Source of the DNA: Octopus bimaculoides
Taxonomy: Eukaryota
NCBI RefSeq assembly: GCF_001194135.2
Contig: NC_068984.1
Location: forward strand, 136,968,518 to 137,032,517
Length of the DNA stretch: 64,000 nt
Reading direction: 5' to 3'
The first letter of the stretch is position 1, and every line of letters begins with the position of its first letter. A model generated the notes under the pieces. That model made no database searches, was not told the origin of the DNA, and saw only the letters and a program-made list of their open reading frames with translations. Made by a program: the position numbers and the translations under genes. This document shows positions 27,755 through 38,866 of the stretch, piece after piece.

Positions 27755-28610
27755 CTAACAAACAGCAACAACCCCATCCAAGAGTATTAGATTCTTCTGG
27801 GAAGGTGTCTTGGCTCCTAAGACAAAAGCAACAGGTGGGGACCTGCTTTCCACGTTGCATCCAGCTTCAGATTGAAATATGTAAGTGGACCCAAAGGGGG
27901 ACACACATTTTCCCAGAGAGAGTAATGGCAATATTACTCTCTTTTACTCTTTTACTCTTTTACTTGTTTCAGTCATTTGACTGCGGCCATGCTGGGGCAC
28001 CGCCTTTAGTCGAGCAACTCGACCCTAGGACTTATTCTTTGTAAGCCTAGTACTTATTCTATCGGTCTCTTTTTGCCGAACCGCCAAGCTATGGGGACGC
28101 AAACACACCAGCATCGGTCGTCAAGCGAAGCTGGAGGGACAAACACAGACACACAAACATATACATATATATATATATACATATATACGACGGGCTTCTT
28201 TCAGTTTCCGTCTACCAAATCCACTCACAAGGCTTTGGTCGGCCCGAGGCTATAGTAGAAGACACTTGCCCAAGGTGCCACGCAGTGGGACTGAACCCAG
28301 AACCATGTGGTTGGTAAGCAAGCTACTTACCACACAGCCACTCCTATATATTCTTTCTAATCAAGAGTGCAATGCCCTAGGTAGACAGATATGATATTTC
28401 TCACCAGCTGAAGGAAACCGAATATCAGGACATGGTCAACAAGGCCCTTGTCAAGGGATGGCACTGTGGCCTTATTCCTTATTTAAGTTGATTGCATTGG
28501 GCTTTTCAGCTAGACTGCTGCATTATTTCTTGCAGAAGATTGGCCTGGAACCCAAACAACTGAATAAAGCCACCAAGGAGACAGACATGGCAGCCAAAAT
28601 CCAGTTCGAG
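27755..28610 (+). mobile_element. Decayed HERO/NeSL-like RLE retrotransposon 3' region, interrupted by a SINE
   Basis: Broken frames: IRFFWEG..PKTKATGGDLL; HIFPERVM; then, after the SINE, HQLKETEYQDMVNKALVKGW and GFSARLLHYFLQKIGLEPKQLNKATKETDMAAK. These resemble the RLE C-terminal EVG.RGF...L..LG...KA.KE...AAE motif. Confidence 0.5.
27934..28347 (-). mobile_element. Full-length tRNA-derived SINE (family A)
   Basis: Head ggagtggctgtgtggtaagtagcttgcttaccaaccacatggttctgggttcagtccc, internal (TA/TG)n and (AGTAAAAG)n tail. Many more copies or fragments lie at ~2125, 4945, 13180, 21610, 22474, 26920, 35499, 40090, 41626, 45480, 51983, 52880 and 58670. Confidence 0.85.
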
Positions 28611-30062
28611 GCTGTTGTTGTTGTTGTTGAGACAGCAGGGAGAAACCTTCTGCAGACAAAAGACTATTTCAGTCCTCATGACCCAACTCTGGCAAAGTAT
28701 AGAGGTTACAGGGTGTAATGCTTGTGATAACCTCCTGAAGATATGGAAAGATGTCTGACACTGTGATGGATTCAGAAGAGCTTGCAACATCTCTGAGTAG
28801 CTCCTGCAGGTTCCATATGAGGCAGAGTATTTCGCCAGTGGTTTTGTAGTAAAAACACAAGGGTGCCAAATCCAGATTTATTACAGCAGTTATAATTGTA
28901 GTTGCTGAGACAGTACATAGAGCAGGGACAAGCCTAGAAAGGCTTTGGATGAGAATGATTACACCAGACTTAATAGGGGTGGAAGGATGGGTGAAGTGAG
29001 TCAATGGCATATCAAGCCAGCATTGGAGGGATTAATAATTTGTACCCTATCAACAGGGACAGTTATGGATATGACAAGCCATTTACTGTCATCAAGTGAA
29101 TCCACTTAAAACCCAATAGATACCAGATCATCGTCATCATCATCATCACTTAACATCCATTTTCCATGCCGGCATGGGTTGGATGGCTTGGCAAGAGCTG
29201 ACAAGCCAGAGGGCTGCATCAGGCTTCAGTCATCTACTTTGATATGGTTTGTATGGTCGGATGCCCTTCCTAACACCAACCATTTTATCCCACTGGATGC
29301 TTCTTACTTGGTGCCAGCAGAGGTGTTTTTATATGGCACCAGCACCAGTGGTATAACTCACCACTGTATACTAGAGAAGCCTTATTAGTTCATAGTCAAG
29401 CATGTAGGACTAAGATTAATTCTTCTCTTTGCCCAATATATATATCCTTCTGATTTAGGAAAAGATCAGAATTTCTAACAGGAAATAGCATAAACTTGAA
29501 GATAGTGGAACGAGTCCAATAGAGAATGTGTTTTAGTAGAGATTTGATTAAACCATGCTATCATAGAACTACAGATATTGGTGAGGGTGACAATGATGAC
29601 TAATTACAATGATAGGATAGTGGTGGTGGTAGTGGTGGTGGTAGTTGCGTAGGTGACAGAGATGGGAAAGATGATGGTGATCATGAATGTGGTGGTAGTA
29701 GTGATTAAAGTGATGATGATGATGGTGGTGGTGGTGGTGGTGGTGATAGTAGCGGTGGTAGCAGTGGTGGTGGCGGCATTGGTGCTGACTATAAAATTCA
29801 ATTTAGAAGGAAAGTGACATTGCTAGGATTTCTGTGAAGTATCACATTAAAAGTTGAACACAAGCCAAATACATTGAGTAAAGTACAGAAAGTTTGTGTG
29901 CATTTAAGTGTGTATGTAAATGTGTACGCAGGTGTACACATGCGTTATGCATGCACACGCAGTGTGTGGTGTGCATATATGTTAATTGAAATCTATAAAT
30001 TTATTACAAGTATCCCATTCATGCTTGCTTGGAACACTTGATAGTAAAATAGTATGTGTGTG

Positions 30063-30145
<83 letters not shown>

Positions 30146-30393
30146 GCATATTCATACATACATATATATACATACATACATAGACATACATACATAGACA
30201 TACATACACACATATATAGATGTATGCTTACACATGAATACATGCATCTTTACATACATATCTAATTATACAAATATGCCTGCAAACATATTTGCATATC
30301 TCTGTAACACATACATGCGTGTGTATGTCTTTGTATGTATGCATACTTATCTGCACACACACTCACACACACACAGAGCCTACCTAAAACACA

Positions 30394-30425
<32 letters not shown>

Positions 30426-30941
30426 TTGCACCTACCTAAGACCAAAAAACACTAATGTAACCCTTCCCTTCTTCATAGACAATCTAAATACCTACACTGT
30501 AAATATCTATAGTGCTGAGAAACAGCTGGTTTTTAATAACGTTTTCAGCTGATATAGGAATGGAAATTGGCCAAAAGACATGTTCATAATTGATGAAAAG
30601 CTGCTTCTCAAACCAAAACCATCCACACTAACAGACTTTCTCTCTATTTCTCAGGCTCCATGTAATAAGCGCTACAAATACCTATTGACAAAAATATACA
30701 TTATACAGGAGCAGTGGCCAAAGACTATATTCCATTAAATTTTAAAACTGAGACAATCTGGACTTTTATTTCTCTGCAATCGTTTATAATACTAGAATTA
30801 GTATTAACTCTTGAGATTCTTGTACAACTAGTAAATTTTTTCCCGATAGCAATAAAAGAAGTTACGGAGATGTACTTGCATAGCAAGTGACCTGATCTGA
30901 GATTGTGTGCTGGAACGAAAGCAATTGCAGCGTGGAAGGTG

Positions 30942-31079
30942 TTTATAAGCCATTTAAGAAACACACAAAAACCGTTAGATTCACTTCAACATTTAAACTT
31001 AAATGTTGAAGTGACAAATTAAATTTATATGTTGAAGTGAATCTAACGGTTTTTGTGTGTTTCTTAAATGGCTTATAAA
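30942..31079. repeat. Perfect 51-bp inverted repeat with 36-bp spacer
   Basis: 30942-30992 is the exact reverse complement of 31029-31079. Confidence 0.9.
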
Positions 31080-32487
31080 TAAAATAAGTCCAAACTTAAT
31101 ATTGGTTTCAAGTTTTGGCAGGATTACATCAACCCAGTGTATGACTGGTACTTCAATTTTGAAAGGATGAAAAGCAAAGTCGACCTCAGAGGAATTTGAA
31201 CTCAGAAATAAACATTTCAAATTTCAGCACAAGGCCTGCAATTTCAGCAGAAGGGACCAAGTCGATTACATCAATCTCTGTGTTCAACTGGTGTTTATTT
31301 TATCAACTTTAAAAGGATGGATGGCTAAGTCAACCTTGCTGAATTTGAACTCAGAACATATATGTTTCAAATTTTGGCACAAGACCAGTAATTTGGGGGA
31401 AGCGATTACATCAACCCATTGTTCAATTGGTACTTATTTTATCAACCCCAAAAGAATGAAAAGCAAAATGACCTCTGGTGAAATTTGAACCCAGAACATA
31501 ATAACAGACAAAATACTGCTAAGCATTTTTTTCCCAAGTGGTAACAGTTCTGCCAGCTCGCCACTTTGAGCCCAAAACTAAATATCAACAGAAAGCGTCC
31601 GGAACCATATTCACAAAGAAGCTTAAACTCAGTCCAGACAACAAGCTAGTGTTGTGTGTCATCTTTCAGGTAGAACTGGTTAAAAAAAAAAGCAGTAGCA
31701 AAATAAATATATCAACCTAAAGATAAAGATAAAAACATCATCTTACAAGATGGGGATGAATTCCTCTAGTGTTCCATTCCAGAAGATGCTCCAAGCAACC
31801 TCAAAACTGTTAAGCAGATCAGACCCCAAGAATAGAAGCAATCTGCATATCAACATAATGAATGCATGGGTAGGTTTAAAGAAAATTTAATGATAATAAT
31901 GGTTTCAAATTTTGGCACAGACCAAGAATTTCGGAGGAAGGGTATAAGCCAATTACATCAACCCCAGTATTAAACTGATATTTATTTTATCAATCCCCAA
32001 AATGATGAAAGGCAAAGTCAACCTCAGCAGCATTTGAACTCAGAACGTAAAGATGGATGAAATATCTCAAAGCATTAATGATTCTGCCAGTTCGCTGCCT
32101 TAAATTTGATGTTTATAATGACATGGAGATCTTTTCTGGATTAATGACTGCTGCATCACTTGTCTTTTGAAGATTATGCTTTTGCTCGCCAAGAAACATC
32201 AAAGTCCTTACACTCCTAAGAGGTAATTGAAAAGTTTGACTTTGCTGTACATTTGAGGTAAGTAAACATCACATGACCAGCAGCTGCCGAAAGAAACGCC
32301 ATTAGGGATTGCTTTGATATGTGGCATAATGTTGTTGTTAAAGCAATGTGAAGAGTCATTCATAGAAAGGAGGAGTACCTTGGGATCTAAAAGAGTATTA
32401 CTAATATTGAATATAATTCCATATTTCAACATATTCTTGGGACATTCTTGGTCAACCATCGGACAAATACAAACATAATACATTTAA

Positions 32488-32794
32488 CATGAGTGGTATC
32501 AAATTGTTCCCAGACTAGTTCTGTAGCATGCCAACAGATGGTAGCACATGGTTGTATGCACATTGAGAGCTAGGAGTGACCTTCATGAGGCAGTGTGTCA
32601 AGTGACATCACAGTGTTTGCTTCGCAAGTTGTGAAATTTGTGTTTTTTGTGATCACGTGTCTGCAGTAGTCTGTGATTTTGTCATGGACAGGAACAAAGA
32701 GCCAACATGAAATTTTACGTTAAACTTCAGAAGTCTGCTACAGAGACATTGAGCATGCTTCGGCAAGCTTACGCTGATGAGGCAATGGGTCATA
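32488..32794 (+). mobile_element. mariner transposon 5' fragment
   Basis: EQRANMKFYVKLQKSATETLSMLRQAYADEAMGHT matches the mariner transposase N-terminal HTH (EQR..IKF.VKL.KSATET..ML..AYG.EAM). It is preceded by a TIR-like gagtggtatcaaattgttcccagact. Confidence 0.75.
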
Positions 32795-33086
32795 CGATGA
32801 GGCTGGGTCGAGTTTATTGCTATAAACCGAACTCAATTGTCAGGATCAATTTCCAATGGAATCCCACAAGACAAAAGAAGACGTGGCCGACCAAAGGAAA
32901 CGTGGCGGGGAACAATAACTAAAGATCTTAAAAACAGAGGGTTAACAATGGAACAAGCTGTTAAGGACGCTTTTAGTGTTAGAAGGTGGAATGATCTTGC
33001 TGTCACCTCAAGTGCCACAAGGCACAATGAGAACCGAAGGAATGAATGAATGAATGAATGAATGAATGAATGAATGAATGAATGAA
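32795..33086 (+). mobile_element. RTE-clade LINE 3' end with (GAAT)n tail
   Basis: RWLG..., then QWNP/QDKRRRGRPKETWRGTITKDLKNRGLTMEQAV...RRWNDL, the RTE ORF2 C-terminal RGRPK.TW motif. A simple-repeat tail follows directly. Confidence 0.8.
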
Positions 33087-33274
33087 TTATATTTTTATAA
33101 CTCAATCTTATTAGGAACTGTATTTAAAAAAATTGTTAAAATATTTTGTACATTGTAGAAATATAACCAATTTAATGCAGATAAATTTTAACAACGAAAA
33201 TCTTATGTGAACTCCCAAGGGTGATTTGGACCCCAATAGAGTTTTAAAAATGACTGAGCAAATTATCAACTTAC

Positions 33275-33311
33275 CTCATAATGCAACATGAAGTTCTTAT
33301 CTTTAATATCG
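33275..33311 (-). CDS. PNPT1: PNPT1 internal coding exon (37 nt): DIKDKNFMLHYE
   Basis: Bounded by ttttctctcattacag| and |gtaagt. Encodes the conserved IKDKNFMLHYE motif. Phase 2 to phase 0. Confidence 0.95.
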
Positions 33312-34004
33312 CTGTAATGAGAGAAAAGTATAAAATAGTTAAAAAGGTAAACATGAGAGCAGAATATGTACTGCTTAACTGCAGCGATCATCATCATCAC
33401 CATTATCAGCATCATCTTCATCATTGATTTTTAATGCCCACTCTTTTTTTCATGCTTGCATGAGTTGGATGCAATTATGCTGAGATAGATCTCCTAGTCA
33501 GATGCTCTTCTTGTCACAATACTTCACCTGTTTCCAAATAAGGTCATATAATATTTCCCATGACTAGAATTTGTTTTCACAGAAAACTAGGAATAAGATA
33601 TATTACTTACATAACAGAGACCATCTGTGTACAACTACCATGCAATATCAAGAGACAGAGACAGTGATACACATAAACATATATACACAACATTCGACCA
33701 TGGTCGTTGCCAGTGCCACCAGACTGACGCTTGTGCAGGTAGCATGTAAAAACACTTTTTGAGCGTGGTCGTTGCCAGAACCGCCTGATTGGCCCTCATG
33801 CTGGTGGCACCTAAAAGCACTCACTACACTCTCAGATTTGTTAGCGTTAGGAAGGGCATCCAGCTGTAGAAACTTTGCCAGATCAGATTGAGCCTGGTGC
33901 AGCCTCTGGATCACCAGTCTTCAGTCAAACCGTCCAACCCATGCCAGCATGGAAAGTGGATGTTAAACGATGGTGATGATGATGATGATGAGGATGATAT
34001 CAAC

Positions 34005-34325
34005 AAAGGCACACAGCTTAGTGGTTAGAGTATTCAGCTCATGATTGTAGGGCTGAGTTCGATTACCAGCGGCACATTGAGTCCTTGAGCAAGACACTTT
34101 ATTTCACATTGCTCCAGCCCACTCAGCTGGCAAAAATGAGTAGTACCTGTATTTCAAAAGAGCCAGCCTTGTCACACCTGTACCATGCTGAATCTCCCTG
34201 AGAACAACCTTAAGGATATGCATGTCTGTGGAGTACTCAGCCACCTGCACATTCATTCCACGAGCAAGTTGTTCTATAGACCAGATGAACTGGAACCCTT
34301 ATCATCATGACCGACAGAGTGCCAG
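34005..34325 (+). mobile_element. tRNA-derived SINE (family E), sharing its 3' half with family D
   Basis: Head gcttagtggttagagtattcagctcatgattgtagggctgagttcgatt, then ccttgagcaagacacttt core, then a gccttgtcacac...gagtgcc tail as in family D. Minus-strand fragments lie at ~16140-16385 and ~45400-45480. Confidence 0.65.
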
Positions 34326-35498
34326 ATATAATTCAACATGGAATTTTACCATTCTTCAATGGCAAATTGTCAACAAACTGACTCAGTTCATTACCCTATT
34401 GCAGCCAGTGAACAAACATGTTTGTCATCTTTTTTTTCTTTTTGATAATGTATCTGGTTTTTCATGAAATTATAAAGTTCCAAGAACCAGAAGCTTGATA
34501 AAAAAGAAATTTAAAGAATAAAAAGAATATTTCCAGGGTATATTTTATTATTTTCTATTTTTTTTTATTTGCTACAATAATAATAACAATAATCGTTATT
34601 AATATTATCATTATTATCATCATCATCTTTATCATCATTATTATTTGTAAGTTGTTTCAAAACAGTTGAACATATTTTCCACAGAATTAGATAAATATAT
34701 TTCTTCTTTTTTTTTTCTCTCTCTCTCTCTCTCTCTCCTTGGAAAAAAATTAACAAATTAGTTTATAGAAATTAAGAAAACAAAAATAGTTTGTACACAA
34801 ATAGCTGGTAATTCAAATTAGTAGTGTTTATTTGTATACTGGACTTAGTATTTTTTTTGTTGTTCTATCCCTCCTATTTTGCATAGGTTTGTGTTAAGTT
34901 TTTTGTAAATTCATTTTTACCTTTTAACTTCTTGTTTTGATCTTAGCTTTAAATAGGAATAAAAAAGAGGTATTAACATTAGCATAGAAAAATGTCTGGA
35001 AAATTTACCATTCCATGTAAAAAATAGTAGACAATATTACGAATAATTACTGTTTTAACATACTAGCATATACATACACAAGTAACCACATACATACATG
35101 CTCGTGTAAACACATACTGACACACAAACATGTATGTAGATACGTATATATACGCATATGCTGAGAGGGTTCTTCCTTGGGACTTCAGCAAAGGTCTTCG
35201 CAGACCATCATGGGTGCTCCCAAACCACCATCCCTATGAAAGAGAAGGGAAACTCTTGCTATCAAAACCCTGTTCTATACCTAAAATGGTCTATTGGAAA
35301 TGATACCATACTATTCTGGGCATAGACCAGTAAGGTAGGCTAAGCCTGATATTTTCAATTTGGTCTACAATCACTTTGACATTTGACAGGTGGTCCATTG
35401 TGTACCTGCACAGGCAATGTGGATTTGATGGAGGCTGGGAGTAAATCTATAGCACATTTGACCACAGTAAACAAATTATTTCTGCAGGCTTAGGAGAA

Positions 35499-35650
35499 GG
35501 CTGTGTGGTAAGTAGCTTGCTTACGAACCACATGGTTCCAGGTTCAGTCCCACTGCGCGGCACCTTGGGCAAGTGTCTTCTACTATAGCCTCGGGCTGAC
35601 CAAAGCCTTGTGAGTGGATTTGGTACACGGAAACTGCAAGAAGCCAGTCG

Positions 35651-35730
<80 letters not shown>

Positions 35731-35920
35731 TGTTTGTGCCCCCAACATCGCTTGACAACCGACGGTGGTTTGTTTATGTCCCAGTAACTTGGCGGTTCGG
35801 CAATAGAGACTGATAGATGAAGTACTAGGCTTATAAAGAATAAGTCCTGGGGTCTATTTGCTCGACTAAAGGTGGTGCTCCAGCAAGGCCACAGTCAAAT
35901 GACTGAAACAAGTAAAAGGT
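35499..35920 (+). mobile_element. SINE family A
   Basis: Head, internal microsatellite and tail match the other family A copies. Confidence 0.8.
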
Positions 35921-37063
35921 CAAAGATGAAGAAGAAGGAAGCTAAAACCCTTCAAATCAGAGCCCCAGCATGGCCACAGTCCAAAGACTGAAATAAGTAA
36001 AAGATCAAAGATGAAGAAGAAGAAGGCTAACAACTTTCAAGGTGCTGCCACAGCATGGTCACAGTCCAATGACTGAATCAAGTAAAAGTTCAAAGATACA
36101 TTTTTACTACAAACAGTTGAAGCCACAGTTTTTTTTTTTTACTCAGAAAATTGATGTAAAAAAAAACTACATGTGGTTTCTCTTCCAAACTCTGGGTTTA
36201 AAATTCACAGCATGCACTCAACGGATACACCGATGCAATTTCATTAATATATAGGTTGAGCTGATATATATATGAATATAGAATCGTTAATTAATGGGTG
36301 TTGATGATGTTTTGTGCAAAAACAAAATTAAATGCATGTGAAACATCCGTACACAGTTCTCTATTGGCCAGTCATAATCTTAACAGCTATTGGATGTTGT
36401 TTATGATATTATCAACCAATGAGGAATGGCAATTTAAAAACACCAGTTGTTCTGTTGCTCTCAGGCATAGATCTTAGAAACATATTAGTGTGTTACCTGT
36501 GGTCCCTGGACTATGCTAGACTGTATTCTCAATGGCTGGGATTGTTTTAATTTACTTTACATTTCAACATAACTGCAAGTAATGTTGTAAACAGTATTTA
36601 TAGAAAACAGCATGTGACCTAGACAAGGCTTAGATCAAAGGTTGCAGCCATAATATTATAAAATATTATAAACACAAACAGGACGCAGAATTTATCTACT
36701 GATGTAAATTATATATAAGAGGCACAGATGTGGCTGTGAAGCACAGGTGTGACTGTGAGGCACAGGTATGGCTGTGTGGTAAGAAGTTTACTTCCCAGTC
36801 TCATGGTTCTAGGTTCTGTCCCAGTGAGTATATGTTTGAATATGTTTGTACCTCCTTGTCTTAACAACACATGGGGCTTGTAAAACAATTGTCCTTGTCA
36901 GACAAACAGTAACATTCACTTCCAGTCTTCTACAAGAACTTGTGTCTGGGAACAGGTAAAGGTTGGCAACAGGAAAGACATCCAGTTGGAGGAAATCTGC
37001 CTCAATAAACTCCACTGACCCATGCAAGCATAGAAAAGTGGAGATTAAAATGAAGATGATGTA

Positions 37064-37544
37064 TCATCATCATCATTGTCATTTAATGTCTGCTTTCCAT
37101 GCTGGCATGGGTTGGACAGTTTCACTGAGGACTGGCGAAAGCCGCACTAGACTCCAATCTGATCTGGCAGAGTTTCTACAGCTGGATGCCCTTCCTAATG
37201 ACGACCACTCCAAGAGTGTAGTGAGTGCTTTTTACATGCCATCGGCATGAGAGCCAGTCCGGTGGTACTGGCAACGGCCATGCTCAACTAGTGTATTTTA
37301 TGTGCCACCTGCACAGGAGTCAGCCAATGTTTTGTTCACATGCCACCAGCACAAGTGCCAGTAAGGCGAAACTGGAAACAATCGCGCTCAAATCGTGCCA
37401 CCGGCATGGGAGCAAGACTGCTGTTCTCGCAGTGATCCTGCTCGGATGCTGATGTTAGCGCTCCACTGGCACGGGTGCCAGTCATCAAATTTGGTTCAGT
37501 TTCGATCTCACTTGCCCCAACAGATCTTCGCAATCTGACTTTAG
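37064..37544 (-). mobile_element. LINE 3'UTR-like repeat (family C, probably RTE) with (GAT)n tail
   Basis: Shared block gttaggaagggcatccagctgtagaaac...ccaacccatgccagcatggaaagcggacgttaaacgatgatgat. Copies in both orientations lie at ~5290, 10290, 11865, 20609, 25047, 29130, 33690, 48420, 51655, 53210, 56405, 58900 and 63950. The RTE assignment is inferred. Confidence 0.7.
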
Positions 37545-37654
37545 TTTGTGAACACCTGTTGATGATGATTATGATAATGATACTCATGTGTGTGTGTGTG
37601 TGTGTGTGAGTGTGTGTGCATGTGTGTGTATGTATGTGGGCACATGTATTTACA

Positions 37655-37707
<53 letters not shown>

Positions 37708-37717
37708 NNNNNNNNNN

Positions 37718-37770
<53 letters not shown>

Positions 37771-38320
37771 TACAGTAAGATGAACTGAAGCATGCAGAAT
37801 AAAAGCACTCCAACCAGAAACCTATTAAAATGTTGATGGTAGATGTATTCTAAGCTAAAAAGATTTCTTACTCATGCACAAGACTTCAAAATAAATAAAG
37901 TGGAGAAAGATAAACAGAAATGGTGAGATATAATTTGTCTCTTTGTCCCTCTCCTTCTCTAAGACCATTAGGCATACAAACAGAATTGAGGGGTGGCTAA
38001 CAAGAAAATTGAAACTCAACTGTGGAGTCAATTTACTGAAAATTCATCACTGCACAATGTAGCCCACCATTTTAATAACAACAATAATAACAATTATATT
38101 TGCTGGATATTTCAATACAAAAGACTTGATTGAGCAGACAAAGAAACTTTTTTATCTGCCATTTCTTCTATTGACACTTATGCATTTATGGATGGGCATA
38201 AGAAATAAAAATTAGAAAGCAGTTTAATATTTGTCTAAGTGTAGACGTACGCCTAAACGCGATCGTGTGTGGACATATGCGTTGTTATTATATATGTATG
38301 TGTGCATGCATGTATAGATG

Positions 38321-38366
<46 letters not shown>

Positions 38367-38504
38367 TCTAATATCCACCCACACTGTGTGTGTATATTAC
38401 GTGTGTGTATGTATGTATATAGTTATATGTATATATGTACAATTGCGTTTCAATTCAACATTACTGAAAACCTGTTCCTCATACATTCAAGCAAACATAT
38501 ACAA

Positions 38505-38548
<44 letters not shown>

Positions 38549-38785
38549 TTATATATATATATATATATATATATACATTTATATATATATGCACACACAA
38601 ACACAAATGTATATATATATATATACATACAAAATACATACAAATGTATATATACATATATATAAATATATATATACACATACAAGTATATATATACACA
38701 CACGCATATATATATATACAAATGTGTATATAAATACATATATATACATTTGTATGTATATATATATATATATATATATATACAA

Positions 38786-38866
<81 letters not shown>

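Noticed and set aside
28669-29010. 113-aa minus ORF faintly resembling an AP endonuclease of a CR1/L2 LINE
   Set aside because: The similarity is too weak to call without a profile search.
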